A DNA stretch of 64,000 nt from assembly GCF_006345805.1 (NCBI RefSeq), contig NC_043000.1:14136001-14200000 (forward strand), written 5' to 3'. The notes beneath the pieces are model-generated. The model was not told where the DNA came from and searched no databases. It was given only the letters and a program-made list of their open reading frames with translations. The position numbers were made by a program, and so were the translations under genes. The stretch comes from Octopus sinensis. Lineage: Eukaryota. This document shows positions 1 through 12,262 of this stretch, piece by piece (position 1 is the stretch's first letter; each line of letters starts with the position of its first letter).

Positions 1-964
1 TACAAGACTGTATATTCGTCTACCATTATTCAATGTATCATTTTAAGATTGAAAGGCATGATCCAAAAGAGATTTGACTGTTATTTCTAGAAGGTCGATC
101 GACCAGGTAAAGGCTTATTTGTTTCAACAACATCTTAAAAGTAGATCGATTGCTAAGCTACCATAAGATAAAAACGGGAAAAAAGTCATTCCTCTCCTTA
201 AGCAAACACTACTCAACTATCTCAGTTGGTACCAAAATCTCTCTGTATCATGAAACTGCTCGCCATATAACCCATCAAGGAATTACGCGAACCCTCTTAG
301 AGAATAATATGGGTTACGTTTCAAGCATCGTAGATCACAATGGTGAAGAGGGAGAGACAAAAAAAATTATCAGGAGAGGGGTAAAGATCCTCACGTACAC
401 ACACTTTTATTATCTTTTAAAATCTATTTATACATTTTTGCAGAATAGCAATCTACGATACCTGAAATATACACATCCAAAGAGATTACAGTTTTGGGGG
501 CACAAGATTAATTCCCAACGCTATGTGCCCAGTTCTTTTGAGCTGGCGTTGAATTCTACCAACAACACAAATTGATGTAACACGTTCTTGTGTTTTGAGG
601 AGTGTGGAACCACCTCTTAACTACTATTCTTCTTAGGGTCTACTCTCACATAGAATAGAGACACCCGTTATGGTTCTAGTTACGGGTTAACTAGCGTATG
701 CGATCACAGTCCACCTGAACGATGAGCCGCAGAATTAACCTTGGTTGGTGCAAAGTCGCGCAGTAAAACCACCAAGAATGAGGGACCCCTACTGTTGTCA
801 GAACATCCTTCTAGGAGAGAAACATTCTGATGTAAAATCTGCGGTTTCACGTGATTTATTGGTCATCTCACTTCGGCCTGTCACTAAGTACTAACTACGG
901 AGACTCGGAGAGTGTTGTTCGTATTGTACAAGCGTCTATCACTATACTGCAATTAAGTACAGAT

Positions 965-1235
965 GTCTCTCTTTATGGTGACCTCATTTGTCATTCCATC
1001 TACTGAAAGTCCTTCCTATCAATGGAAGAGTGACAACGTCTACAGACCTAACCAGTTGGATGTGCACAGTAAATTACAACTATCATCTCTCGCCTATGCT
1101 TCAAACTATGCAGTTCTGCAGCAGAACTGAATAGTCATCTGAGAGGTCACAGACGGAAAGTCAGATGTGCCACTGACAATGAGGAAGTACAAGGAAATGT
1201 GGCAATCATCTGTGAAGATGGAGCAACCATCATTA
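965..1235 (+). pseudogene. Possible decayed LINE 3' fragment with a degenerate C2H2 finger
   Basis: One frame near 1085-1230 reads SRLCFKLCSSAAELNSHLRGHRR, i.e. (C>S)xxC-x12-H-x3-H, like the C-terminal finger of RTE-type ORFs. Upstream LYGDL resembles the RTE LYGEL motif. Confidence 0.3.
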
Positions 1236-1849
1236 TAAATATATATATATATATATGTACACGCACGCACACACACACACACCCGAAAGATTGGCGCGCG
1301 CGTGTGTGTGTGTGTGTGTGTGTACGTAATAGATAAATGAAAGAGAGAGAGAAAAATAGAAACAGAAAGATACACACACGTGCATAATTGCATGATGTTA
1401 TGGTGTTTACCATTTTCGTCGGAGATTCGTTATCAAACGCACAAACACAAAAATGGGATCTTAGGTAGAATTCTGGAAGCTGTTTACACTTAAAAGAGAC
1501 CGAACACGTGACTCAGCCATACAGCAGCTGATGACTAACCGTAAGAAGGGTTGAAATCGCGATACTACGATTGCTTATCACGTACTCTGTCTCTATATCA
1601 GGCTTTCAGCTGAGAAATTCCTTCAGTGTGAGACTAAATATATTTACATATATCCATCCATACGCTATGGTGGCTGCCTTCAGTAATAATTTTTGCAGGT
1701 ATTTGCTAACATCGCGAGTCTAGTCTTCAAACTTCTTTCTCCAGAGATTAACTCAAACCAGCACTGATATAAACCTGGAGAAGAAGGCTGTCTGTCGATC
1801 ACAACGAATACTATTTTCACATCTATGGGACAATACTGCTCTCCCCCCT

Positions 1850-1886
<37 letters not shown>

Positions 1887-2344
1887 AGTCTACATCCAAA
1901 ATAAAAATAAAATAAAGGCCATTCAACGAATTGACAAATATTCAAGCCCCAAACCGTTTAAAACACGTATGCACTGTTCCCCCCCCCCCTGCCTGTTCTA
2001 TCGCTATTACAATGGTCGCTGCTCTTAAGTTGTTTATCTTCTCCATTTAAGCATACCCTTCAAAAACAACCACGTTTTCTGACACGTTCACGCAGAACAT
2101 CTACTGCATCAAGCTTATGTGTGATGTCAAGTGGGGGACTACATTACCTTTCAACTCCTTCTGATTATCGTAAAGAAATTATTGCATAATTTGTCTACAC
2201 CGTTAAATCCTTAAAACAGTCCGATATAATGAAGTTATCGCATGACCTCTGTTACTGTAAACATACTCAAGTGAAGCGACTTGCTAACGATTTTGATGGT
2301 GTAACTTATAAAGATTTTATTCACGTTTAATTATCTGTTTATTC

Positions 2345-2463
2345 AAGCCAGTCACAGGCAAATTGCGGCCCGCAGGACTTTCTGAATGGTACATCTAGCG
2401 AAAAATACTTTGAATTTTTGTTAGTAGTGTGGCCCGCTTCTCGAAAAATGTTGCCGATACCTG
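2345..2463 (+). mobile_element. hAT-like non-autonomous terminus (remnant)
   Basis: TGCGGCCCGC...GTGGCCCGC...AAAAATGTTGCCGATACCTG resembles the subterminal motifs and TIR of hAT/Charlie-type MITEs. The partner end was not identified. Confidence 0.35.
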
Positions 2464-3563
2464 ATTTATGCTTAAGTAATTTAGTTCTGTGTATGAATTA
2501 TTCTTCAGATCGAATGTTTCACGGTTCTAAAGTGAAATCAGTCACAGAACCTCTTAGTCACAAATGCTACAAATTTATAAAATGGTAAATGAAATAATAT
2601 ATTCTTTACACAGACACACACGCGCGCGCGACCTAATTGAAACGAACTGTTTCCAACTGGGAGTTTGCGAATTTCTCTTTAGCGCTCTTCAACTAAACAA
2701 ATTAAGAAAATAAACAAATAAAATAAAAGCGTTTTCTTGCTTTTTTTTCCTAAAAAAAAAAAAAAAAAAAGCTAAAATACTCGAGAAAAATATCGCAAGA
2801 AAAAAATCGAGCTAGATTATTTTTTTTTCTTTTAACTTTCAACATGTTTATGGAGTGATGCAATCATCAGCAGCAGCGGCGGGGTTTAGGGTATAGTGGT
2901 TGGTGCAAAGCAGTGCCAACTGCAACAACGGTTACTCCTCTCCCCAACAACATCAGTAACAGCTGTTACTGCAAGAGCAGTTGCAGCATGCACGTTTACA
3001 GTGATTTGTGTCATAAACAAGTTTCACGAGGAAAATTTTTAGCCTCAAGGCAGAGTGTGCACTTCGCTGCAAAAGCTGGTAAGAAGAAGAAGGAGGAGGA
3101 GGTGGGGCAGAAACGACCAATGCAGAGGCTGACTTGTAAGAAATAAGGTTGTTATTGCTTGCAGCAGTCACATGACAGCAACAAGTAATAACAGTGAACA
3201 GTCGCAAATAACTGCAATAACAGTCACAAACAACGACCACGTCGTCGACGTTCGCAACAGCTGCAACAACAGCCACGATCGCAACAGCTGCGATAATAAC
3301 AGTCGCAACAGCAGCAGCAGTCGCAACAGCTGCAATAATAGCAACAATCACAACAGCTGCAGTGATATTGAAATATCAGGCGCTGTAGTTACAATAACAA
3401 TAATAGCAAAACATCACCACCTGCATATCTACACCTCGTCCGAACATATCTGATGCACCTTTCTCCATCTCTCTCTCTCTCCTATATCTGCAATATCTTC
3501 CCCTTTAAACCTCGTATTAAATATTGTACCAATCCATTCCCAATACTGAAACCGTGTAAAATT

Positions 3564-3600
<37 letters not shown>

Positions 3601-3919
3601 TATTAACTAAGTCTTAGAAGTTGTAAGCTTATCAACTTCAGCATGGGACTGCAGCAAAGGCTATCGGCGCTGGTCCTTTATGGTCTAATGATTTGCAGCA
3701 AAAGCGCAAAACCATAGACAAGTGGTTGCAGTAGATCGAATCACTCAACTCATGACGAGGTCATAGGGTCACCGCCGTGCCGTCAGTATTTTAAGCATTT
3801 TAAACATGGTAAACGATATCTCTCTCCAGTTTGAACATGGCCGATTTCTTCAAATTTTTCTTCTTGATAGATAGATAGATGAATAAATAGATGGATAGAG
3901 ATAAAGAAGAATCGAGCCC

Positions 3920-4190
3920 AGTTGTGATATTTCATTTATCGATCCTGAAAGAATTAAAATGCCCAGTTTGATTTCAGCAGGATTTGAACTCAAAGCGCAG
4001 AGAGCCGAGAACAACTGCCGCAAAGCATTGTTTCTGACGCTCTAACAACTCTGCAAATTTACTGCACTTTTTTGGGGGGTGATTCTGGAAGAATAAAAAG
4101 CAGAGTTGATTTTACCGGGATTTGAACTCAGAATATAAAGGGACAAAACTAAATATGCCAAGGCATTTTGTCCGACGCTCTTAACTACCA
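3920..4190 (-). mobile_element. SINE family B, two decayed partial copies
   Basis: TTTATCGATCCTGAAAG...GGATTTGAACTCA motifs shared with the intact family-B copies at 55269-55500 and 56407-56602. Confidence 0.6.
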
Positions 4191-5212
4191 TATACTCTGC
4201 AGAATTTTAGACAAATTTGTATGTGTGTGGACAGAGATAGGCAAACAGATAATATCCTCAAATTGTTTTGCTGCAAAACACTTGTAAAGGCTACGGGCTA
4301 TACACACACACATACATACATTTAACTGTATGTAAAAATGTTTTGGTTACAAACATTCGAAGATAAAAAGAAAAAAGAACGTGTATGTGTGAGTTTGAGT
4401 GTGTATGCACACACGCAAACACATACAGTGTTTGTAGTATCACGCATAGAAATTCGTATGCCCTTACGTACACATACGTACAAACAATACAAGAAAGAAA
4501 CTTCAGAGAGACACAGACAAAAGTCAAGGCTGATCTACTACTACTACTATTAAATCTGTCTGATAAAAACAATGCCTAGCCCCGTAGTAGTGGTTGTGGA
4601 GTTAATGGCTGGTGGTGGTAGAAATGGTGATCTTGGTGGATAGTGCAAAGATGGTGGTGGGTGATAGAGGAAAGCGTAAAAATGGTGGTGGTGGTATGAT
4701 GGTGAAGATGATAGCAGAGGTAGATAGTGAGTGTAGCGACGGTTGTTGCTGTTGGTGGTGGTGGCGGCAGTGGTGTATATCACAGAGCAGCAGTGTTGGT
4801 GATGGCATCAGTGGTGGTGGAGAGTGTGTGTGATCGAAGTACAAAGTTGCTATCACCGGACTTGTTTATTGAACAACGAGATAGCATCAGATAGCAACAG
4901 TCACTAATGATGGTGGGTGCGGTGGACGAGTTGCAAAGGTGTGTGACGGTGGAGACTTATTCCAGAGCCTGTGTGTCTATGTGTGTGTGTAGGGGGGGGA
5001 CACACAAGCGGAAAGTACAAAGGTTCTATATTCATGGGGTGCTACAGAGTTCTAAGAGCAGCACCAGCTAAAGCAGTTTATTATTTGTTGTAGATATGTA
5101 ACTCAAAGCTCAAGTTTTTATTTATTTATATATATATATACACATGCGTGCATTTCTTAACGCGTGCTTATAGGCACAAAGCTAGATGTCCGAGGGAAGT
5201 ATTTAGTCGATT

Positions 5213-5615
5213 AAGGCTAGTTGGCAGACCCATTAATACGACGGGCAAAATGGTTAGCGGTATTTCGTCTGCCGTTACGTTCTGAATTCAAATTCCGCCG
5301 AGGTCGACTTTGGCTTTCATCCTTTTGGGGTCGATATATTAAGTACCAGTTACGCACTGAGGTCGATGTAATCGACTTAATACCTTTGTCTGTCCTTGTT
5401 TGTCCCCTCTGTGTTTAGCCCCTAGTGGGTAGTAAATAAATAGAAATAGGTATTTCGTCCCGTCTTCACGATCAGGGTTCAAATTCCGCCGAGGTCAACT
5501 TTACCGCTCATCTTTTCGGCGTTGATAAAATAAATACCAGTTGAAGACTGGGCTCGATGTAATCGACTTACCCCTCCTCCTAAACTGCTGGCATTGTGCC
5601 AAAATTTGAAAGCAG
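5213..5615 (+). mobile_element. SINE family B, near-full copy plus a tandem partial copy
   Basis: tRNA-like head with a B box (GAATTCAAATTCC), central CCGAGGTCGACTTTG..TTTCATCC.TT.GGGGTCGAT domain, and 3' GTCTGTCCTTGTTTGTCCCCTCTGTGTTTAGCCCC. Confidence 0.8.
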
Positions 5616-5624
5616 TCTTTTGTC

Positions 5625-5958
5625 TTTTACCGGTTTCAATCATTAGATTGCGACCATACTGGAGTACCGCCTTGAAGAATTTTAGTCAAACGAATCGACC
5701 CCAATACTTATTCATCGGTCTCTTATTGCCGAATCGCTAAGTTACGCAATCATAAACACACCAACACCAGTTGTCAAGCAATGGTGGGGACAAACAGACA
5801 CACTCACATACGTATAGACATACACACATATATGACAAGCTTCTTTCAGTTTCCCCTCAACCAGATCCACTCACAAGGCTTTGGTTGGCGTGCCACGCAG
5901 TGGGATTGAATCGAGAACCATGTGGTTGAGAAGCAAACTTCTTACCACACCTGCGCCT
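5625..5958 (-). mobile_element. SINE family A, diverged copy
   Basis: Matches the family-A copies at 8711-9089 and 43100-43510. Confidence 0.75.
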
Positions 5959-6046
5959 CACAAAGTCAAGTGCTATACAAAAATAATTAACCATAAAATT
6001 GCATATCGTCGCCGTGGATTTTTCAATAAAATTCTTCTCTCTTTTT

Positions 6047-6087
<41 letters not shown>

Positions 6088-6479
6088 TAGTTACATACTT
6101 GAAAAACCATATTAATCATTTGGAACACAAAAGCTCTAAAGTTCATTTTTTTTAATTCTTTGAGCAGTCAAAATTTTCGTCGCATCGCTGCAACCTAGTC
6201 ACTGAGTCCAGATAGAAAGACAAACAGACATATAGATATAAGCAATCGTTTAAGACATACAAAAGGCCTAAGTACGTTTTATTAAAATCGACTGTGTTGC
6301 CGTTTGATTGTATCGTGGACCTCAGTCTGTTTCGAACTCAGAATTCACGAGTTTCAACTTCAAACAAGACATACAAGGAAATAGGAAAAAAATCTTCATA
6401 AAATGAAAAGTATAAAATTAATACAGACGTAATCTAATCATACTTTTAAAAAATGTTTCTCATATTATATTATATTATA

Positions 6480-6876
6480 CTAGCAGTATTGTCCGGCGTT
6501 GCTCGGGTTTGTAAGGGAAATAACTATATAAGCATTTTTAGAGAGTTATAGCCAAAAAATAGCAAAAAAATGCATTAAAAATGGGAAAAAAAATGATGGT
6601 AAATTTTTTTTTTAAATCGTTGACTCATCGTAGACATTTTTAGAGAGTTACTTCCCTTATATAATAGCGAAAAAATGCATCAAAATGGAAAAAAATGGTA
6701 AATTTTTTTCAAAATCGTAGACTCATCGTAGACGCGCGCTAATACCCAGAAGGGCTCGATATGAATCACGACTATAAGATACCCGGTTTTGGTTAAACTG
6801 CACCGCAAAATGTGGTAGTAGTTAGGAATCTAAATCGTAGGAGACAGACACACAACTTGACTTTTATATATAAAGA
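6480..6876 (-). mobile_element. Non-autonomous Helitron (family H1)
   Basis: On the minus strand: 5' A|TCTTTATATATAA, 3' hairpin CCCGAGCAACGCCGG then CTAG|T. Inserted between A and T with no TSD. Second copy at 10218-10572. Confidence 0.85.
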
Positions 6877-7839
6877 TATGCATGTTTGTGTCCTCATGCA
6901 GACTTATGTAATCAAGAAGGCATTTAACTTTATACCATACGCACATATTTTCCAGTGTTGCCGACAATGCATGTGCATTTGTATTCAAAAGGTGAAATAC
7001 GAACTGTACACACACACACACATTCACAGAGACACATAATAAATACCAGGCGATACTTTCAAGTTGCTGGGATAAGTATGAACTTGTCACGGAGACTATG
7101 GGAAGCCAACAAAGGATCAGGCAATCATTAAGTACCAGTTGCTAGGTAGCTACAAACACGAACACACTTAGAGAAGGTCTTCCATATATGCCACGATGAA
7201 GTTGCTGACAATCTTCGCATAAACTAAATGTGTGCAATAAATATATACAAATTCATCCCTTTAAATAATGGAATGCATTTCACAACGATAAATTATATGT
7301 AATACTTAATTTAATTGCTTTAATAAAAATAAGAAAATCTACAGCAAACAGCAATAAAAGTTGAAAAGACAAATTTAATGTAGTTAAGAGTTGTTGTTCA
7401 GCTCTAAGTTAGCCATGATCGGCCAAACCTTATATAATCAGAGTAAGACTTCGTTTTAAAATACGTCCTGCATCTCTCAAAAGAGTAAGATGAAGACCGA
7501 GAGAGATTTAGCTGCTATCTCTAGCATGTTAATTAGCAATGTTTCAAATTGTGAAAAGTTTACACAGAAAACGATAGGGCTTGGGTACAGCACTCAAAAT
7601 ATTTGTAATATGTTCTGCTTCTGGGGAGAAGAAAGTTATATGAATGACGGAGCGGCGGACTAATTTTCGCAACATTTAGTTCCGTTCTGTGGTCAAATCC
7701 TTCAGTAAATCCGTGGCCTTGTGTCAAAGCAAGAAGTTAAAATCTACCCATACCATCAACTGACACCACGTTTCAGTGGTTATAAATTATAGTAATCGAG
7801 TGGTGAGCAGGATTCATAACGCTCAGAGTTAATTAATAA

Positions 7840-8460
7840 AGGTTTCCTATTTAGGAACGTGACCAGCAATTTTAAGGGAAGAGCGTTGATACAATCGACC
7901 CCAGTACTTAACTGGTACTTTGTTTTACAGACCCCCAGCTCTGGACTGGTATTTCATCTTTATCGACCCAGCAGGATTTGTAGCGCCCAGGGCTAATTAA
8001 TAAAGGCGTTAAGTGTAGGGATGAGACTAGCAAGTTTGAGGGAAGAGTGTCATTGACCGCAGTGCTTGAGTGATACTTTATTTTATCGATCCTGAAAGGA
8101 AGTTGACAGCCGAAGTTGACCATAGCGAATTTTGAACTCAAAACGTAAGAGCCGAGACGTGTACTACAAAGCATTTCTTCAGATCCCCTACAAACTCGCC
8201 AGGGCGGTGGATTGGTAGAATTTTTTACGTTCTGAGTTCAAATTTCGCTACGGTTGACTTTGCTTTTTTTTCTTTCAGGGTCAATAAAATAAAGTATCAC
8301 TCAAGACAAGACTGACCTTCTTCCCTCAAAATTGCTAATCTCATGCCTACATTTGAAGCCTTTAATAATTAGTCCCGAGCGCTACGAATCTAGCTGGGCC
8401 GATAAAATATCAGTCCAAGACCAGAATCGGTAAAATAAAGTACCAGTAAGTACTGCGGTC
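7840..8460. mobile_element. Cluster of decayed SINE family B copies in both orientations
   Basis: ATCGACCCCAGTACTTAACTGGTACTT, TTTATCGATCCTGAAAGG and TTCTGAGTTCAAATTTCGC motifs. Confidence 0.6.
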
Positions 8461-8710
8461 CATTGTATCAACGCTTAAAATTGCTGGTCGTATGGTTAAG
8501 TACATAACGCCCATAAAAAGTATCTGAACTAATTCTAAATATAATAACGAAACTAGTTATTCGGAATAGTAACTCGAAAATACTTCCGAGAAAGGTTTAT
8601 ATAAAAATGTGACAACTTAAAACCAGATATACATAATGCATTAATAAATCATGAAATATACATGAAGCAATTATTAAGACGTAAGACAATCCGAAAATAT
8701 TATTTTCTTT

Positions 8711-9089
8711 TCTTTATTCTTTTACTTGTTTCAGTCATTTTGACTGCGGCCATGCTGGAGCACCGCCTTTTAGTCGAGCAACTCGACCCCGGGACTCATT
8801 CTTTTTTTTTTTTTTTGTAAGCCCAGTCTCTTTTTGCCGAACCGCTAAGTGACGGGGACGTAAACACAGCAGCATCGGTTGTCAAGCAATGCTAAGGGAA
8901 CAAACACAGACACACAAACACACACATATATATATATATATACGACAGGCTTCTTTCAGTTTCCGTCTACCAAATCCACTCACAAGGCATTGGTCAGAAG
9001 ACACTTGCCCAAGATGCCACGCAGTGGGACTGAACCCGGAACCATGTGGTTGGTTAGCAAGCTACTTACCACACAGCCACTCCTGCGCC
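8711..9089 (-). mobile_element. tRNA-derived SINE family A, full length
   Basis: Head GGCGCAGGAGTGGCTGTGTGGTAAGTAGCTTGC...CCGGGTTCAGTCCC carries A-box and B-box-like motifs, followed by an internal (AT/GT)n and an AAAAGAATAAAGA tail. Confidence 0.9.
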
Positions 9090-10217
9090 TATATATTAAC
9101 GTTTATTGAAATGAAATTATTCTAAAATGAAGCTTCAAAATTAATTACTATTTTTACGACTAATTTGGGACTACTTTCTAAAAATTTACTTTTCCTTATG
9201 CTTGATGCATCGATAATATCAAAATTTATTTTTTCAGTTTATTAATGTTCATTACTGATGAGTCTTCCTTGGCTTATCGAGAGACTCTTCAGATGTGATA
9301 AAATCAATTCAAATTTGCTGAAAGATCGCTGCTCACAGCTGGCAATTGAAATTGCAACAGTGAGATTATCTGAAAAGCTATCTGAAATTTGAATAGCGGA
9401 TAAAAAAAATTTTTTTTAAAACAAACAAAAAAAAACTTCCAGGTTGAAAAATAAACTAGAGTTGCTCAATCTTAGAAAATTCAAATACTAAGGAAACTTC
9501 AGAAGCATTTTACAATCCAAGGTTTCTTTATAAAACTTAAAACCGTCTATATCACTGTTCTAAAATTGTTCAAGTTTGATGAACATTTTTTAGAGACTTT
9601 TTGGTTCTATCTAGGGTGGGTCATTTTTACCAATAACGACACACGCACGGGTTCTATTTCACTATTTTTATTAGTCAGTTGGTTAACCATATAACTAATC
9701 GATTGTTTAATTGGTCAATCAAACAATTAGGTTTGTAAAAAGGCTGTTTGTCGCCATTCAGGACCTCATCAATGACATGCCCTCTTTGCTCCAGGCCCAC
9801 TTCAGGAAATTCTTTTTTGTTTGAGATATTTACTTTATGAATGCTGTTGTTTTCACGAGTTTGTTCTTTCTCACTTAACACTACACTGACTTTTTTTCAC
9901 CATGCGTTTGATCTTTTTTTTTCTTTTGGGAGCGTGTTTCTCCCTGAATATTTCTTACATAGTTCCAGCCCAGCTACGAGTAATTAACTTATTAATGATT
10001 CTCAACTGCTTAAAAATAAAATTTGAAGCTTGAAAACGAACAATAGAAAAAAAAAAGTGATATGATCTTGGACTCGTTTTTGAACAACTATTGAATCCGA
10101 AATCCAAACAAAATTAAGAAAAAAAATTAAAGACCAACTTTTGATTTAGCACCTGACTTGTATCAGTTCTTTCTTTAAATAGCAGTTCGGTTTGGTATTT
10201 ATTTATTTATAAAAAGA

Positions 10218-10572
10218 CTAGCAGTATCGCCCGGCGTGGCTCGGGTTTGTAAGGGAAATAACTATATGAGCATTATTAGAGAGTTATAGCCAAAAAATGC
10301 ATTAAAAATGGTTGACTCATCGTAGACATTTTTAGAGAGTTACTTCCCTTATATAATAGCGAAAAAAATGCATTAAAATGGAAAAAAATGATGGTAAATT
10401 TTTTTTTAAATCGTAGACTCATCGTTGACGCGCGCTAATACCCAGAAGGGCTCGATATGAATCATGACTATAAGATACCCACTTTTGGTTAAACTGCACC
10501 GCAAAATGTGGGAGTAGTTAGGAATCTAAATCGTAGGAGACAGACACACAACTTCACTTTTATATATAAAGA
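10218..10572 (-). mobile_element. Non-autonomous Helitron (family H1), second copy, nested in the hAT fossil
   Basis: Same termini (TC...hairpin-CTAG) and body as 6480-6876, with an internal deletion. Confidence 0.85.
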
Positions 10573-11126
10573 TTATTATCATTTTTTTTTTTTGCCAAGT
10601 TGAGCAAGAAACGAATGAGTAAAGCGACTGAATTATATCCGAAAAAGTTACTATCGCTACATCACGGTAAGCAGCACATACTCTAAACAACTAAAATTGA
10701 AAGAATGACTATCGCACTTTACAAAAACCAGCTTTATAATTATTTTTAGCAAGTCTCTGTTGAACACAACTTTTATCACCAACCATAACTACAGATTTAT
10801 CGCAGTATTAAGATTCACAGTCCTTTAACGGAATTTGTCTTTTACAAGATGCACCAAATTTCCACCATCGTGTTTACAACAGCCTTTTGTTTTAACGATA
10901 AAGCCAAGAAAAGTCTTTTGAAAAAAAATCGTTTTATCCTCAGAATCGATATCAATAAAGCGAACTGTTTCTGCCATATAATCCTGTGTGCTTGATGTAG
11001 AGTGGAATTGAACACAAGGCAAAAATCTTTGGCCTTATGAATGCCATCCAGTAATTTCTGGCGAAAGTGAAAGCCATCAGTTTGTATAAATTCAGACTTT
11101 ATTAAATTAATGGAAATAAATGTTGG

Positions 11127-11534
11127 GATCTTTTCGGTTTGAACGGCAGTTTTTTCTAGCGGTGTCATATGAAATTGTCACCCATAATTATGGCCCTAGT
11201 ATCGATCTATTGCATTCCAATCTGTTTTAGGGTTAGGGGTGGGGGGAAGGGTATCTTTCTTTCTTCACAAATGTAAATAAACCCAATCTGTTTCTTAAAC
11301 GAGGGACATATTCATAGGGGCACAGAATGTTGTTTACCTCAATGGACGTCATTGATTGGTTGAAATTGCAGAAATTGAAGAAAAAACAACAAATATCTTA
11401 CAAACTATAGAATTTTCTCAATAAAGCCAAGAGAAAAAGGTGTTTTATAAACGCATTCTACCAGTATACGGAATTTAAAATTTTTTAGTTACCTAGAAAT
11501 TATGTTAAAAACTGCCGTTCAAACCGAAAAGATC
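11127..11534 (+). mobile_element. MITE with 28-bp perfect TIRs beginning GATC
   Basis: GATCTTTTCGGTTTGAACGGCAGTTTTT ... AAAAACTGCCGTTCAAACCGAAAAGATC. Second copy, inverted, at 59104-59517. Confidence 0.9.
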
Positions 11535-11880
11535 CTTCCCCGAAATGAATTAGAACCCCAGGTTGAGTAGCTGTTTTAAACCATCTTTCACTTACCCGTA
11601 CAAAATAAGCGTAAAATATGATACAAGTATATTTTCCAAAAGAGTGCATTTTAACTAAAAATTAATCTAAATTATGAAATACCCACCCTCAAAATTTCGT
11701 ATGTATCATTCCTTAGCTACATCACTGTTGAACGAGACAAACTGGAGTGAAAACAAGCTCTGTTTGCAGCCGACAATATAAACCGTGATGATCGATCGTT
11801 TGGTTTTTTTTCTTTTTATTGAATCATTAGTGTTGATATTGTTTATGTAATATAATAAACTTATCCAATCTATGTTTTAT

Positions 11881-12262
11881 ACTCTTTTACTCGTTTCAGT
11901 CATTTGACTGCGGCCATGCTGGAGCACCGCCTTTAATCGAGCAACTCGACCCCGGGACTTATTCTTTTGTAAGCCAAGTACTTATTCTATCGGTCTCTTT
12001 TGCCGAACCGCTAAGTAACGGGGACGTAAACACACCAGCATCGGTTGTGAAGCAATGCTAGAGGGACAAACACAGACACACACACACACATATATATATA
12101 CATATATACGACAGGCTTCTTTCAGTTTCCGTCTACCAAATCCACTCACAAGGCTTTGGTCGTCCCGAGGCTATAGCAGAAGACACTTGCCCAAGATGCC
12201 ACGCAGTGGGACTGAACCCAGAACCATGTGGTTGGTTAGCAAGCTACTTACCACACAGCCAC
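11881..12262 (-). mobile_element. SINE family A with a 24-bp target-site duplication
   Basis: Flanked by AAACTTATCCAATCTATGTTTTAT at 11857-11880 and 12263-12286. Confidence 0.9.

Larger units (their letters stand above)
9185..11800 (-). pseudogene. Fossil hAT transposase (Tip100/ZMYM1-like), frameshifted and interrupted by a Helitron and a MITE
   Basis: Minus-strand fragments in the correct order: IHKAKDFCLVFNSTLHQAH and VRFIDIDSEDK..FLGFI (~11050-10870), VMVGDKSCVQQRL and CDSH (CxxH motif, ~10770-10703), and TVAISIASCE-RSFSKFELI (C-terminal dimerisation domain, ~9365-9300). Confidence 0.85.

Noticed and set aside
150-575. 141-aa ORF
   Set aside because: No recognisable motif, splice context or coding-like composition.
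2913-3453. N/S-rich and A/V-rich ORFs
   Set aside because: Translations of a degenerate (CAA/CAG) trinucleotide tract.
9253-9280. CTGATGA followed by a GTCT/AGAC stem (hammerhead-like)
   Set aside because: No GAAA follows the stem, and it is the antisense of hAT coding sequence.
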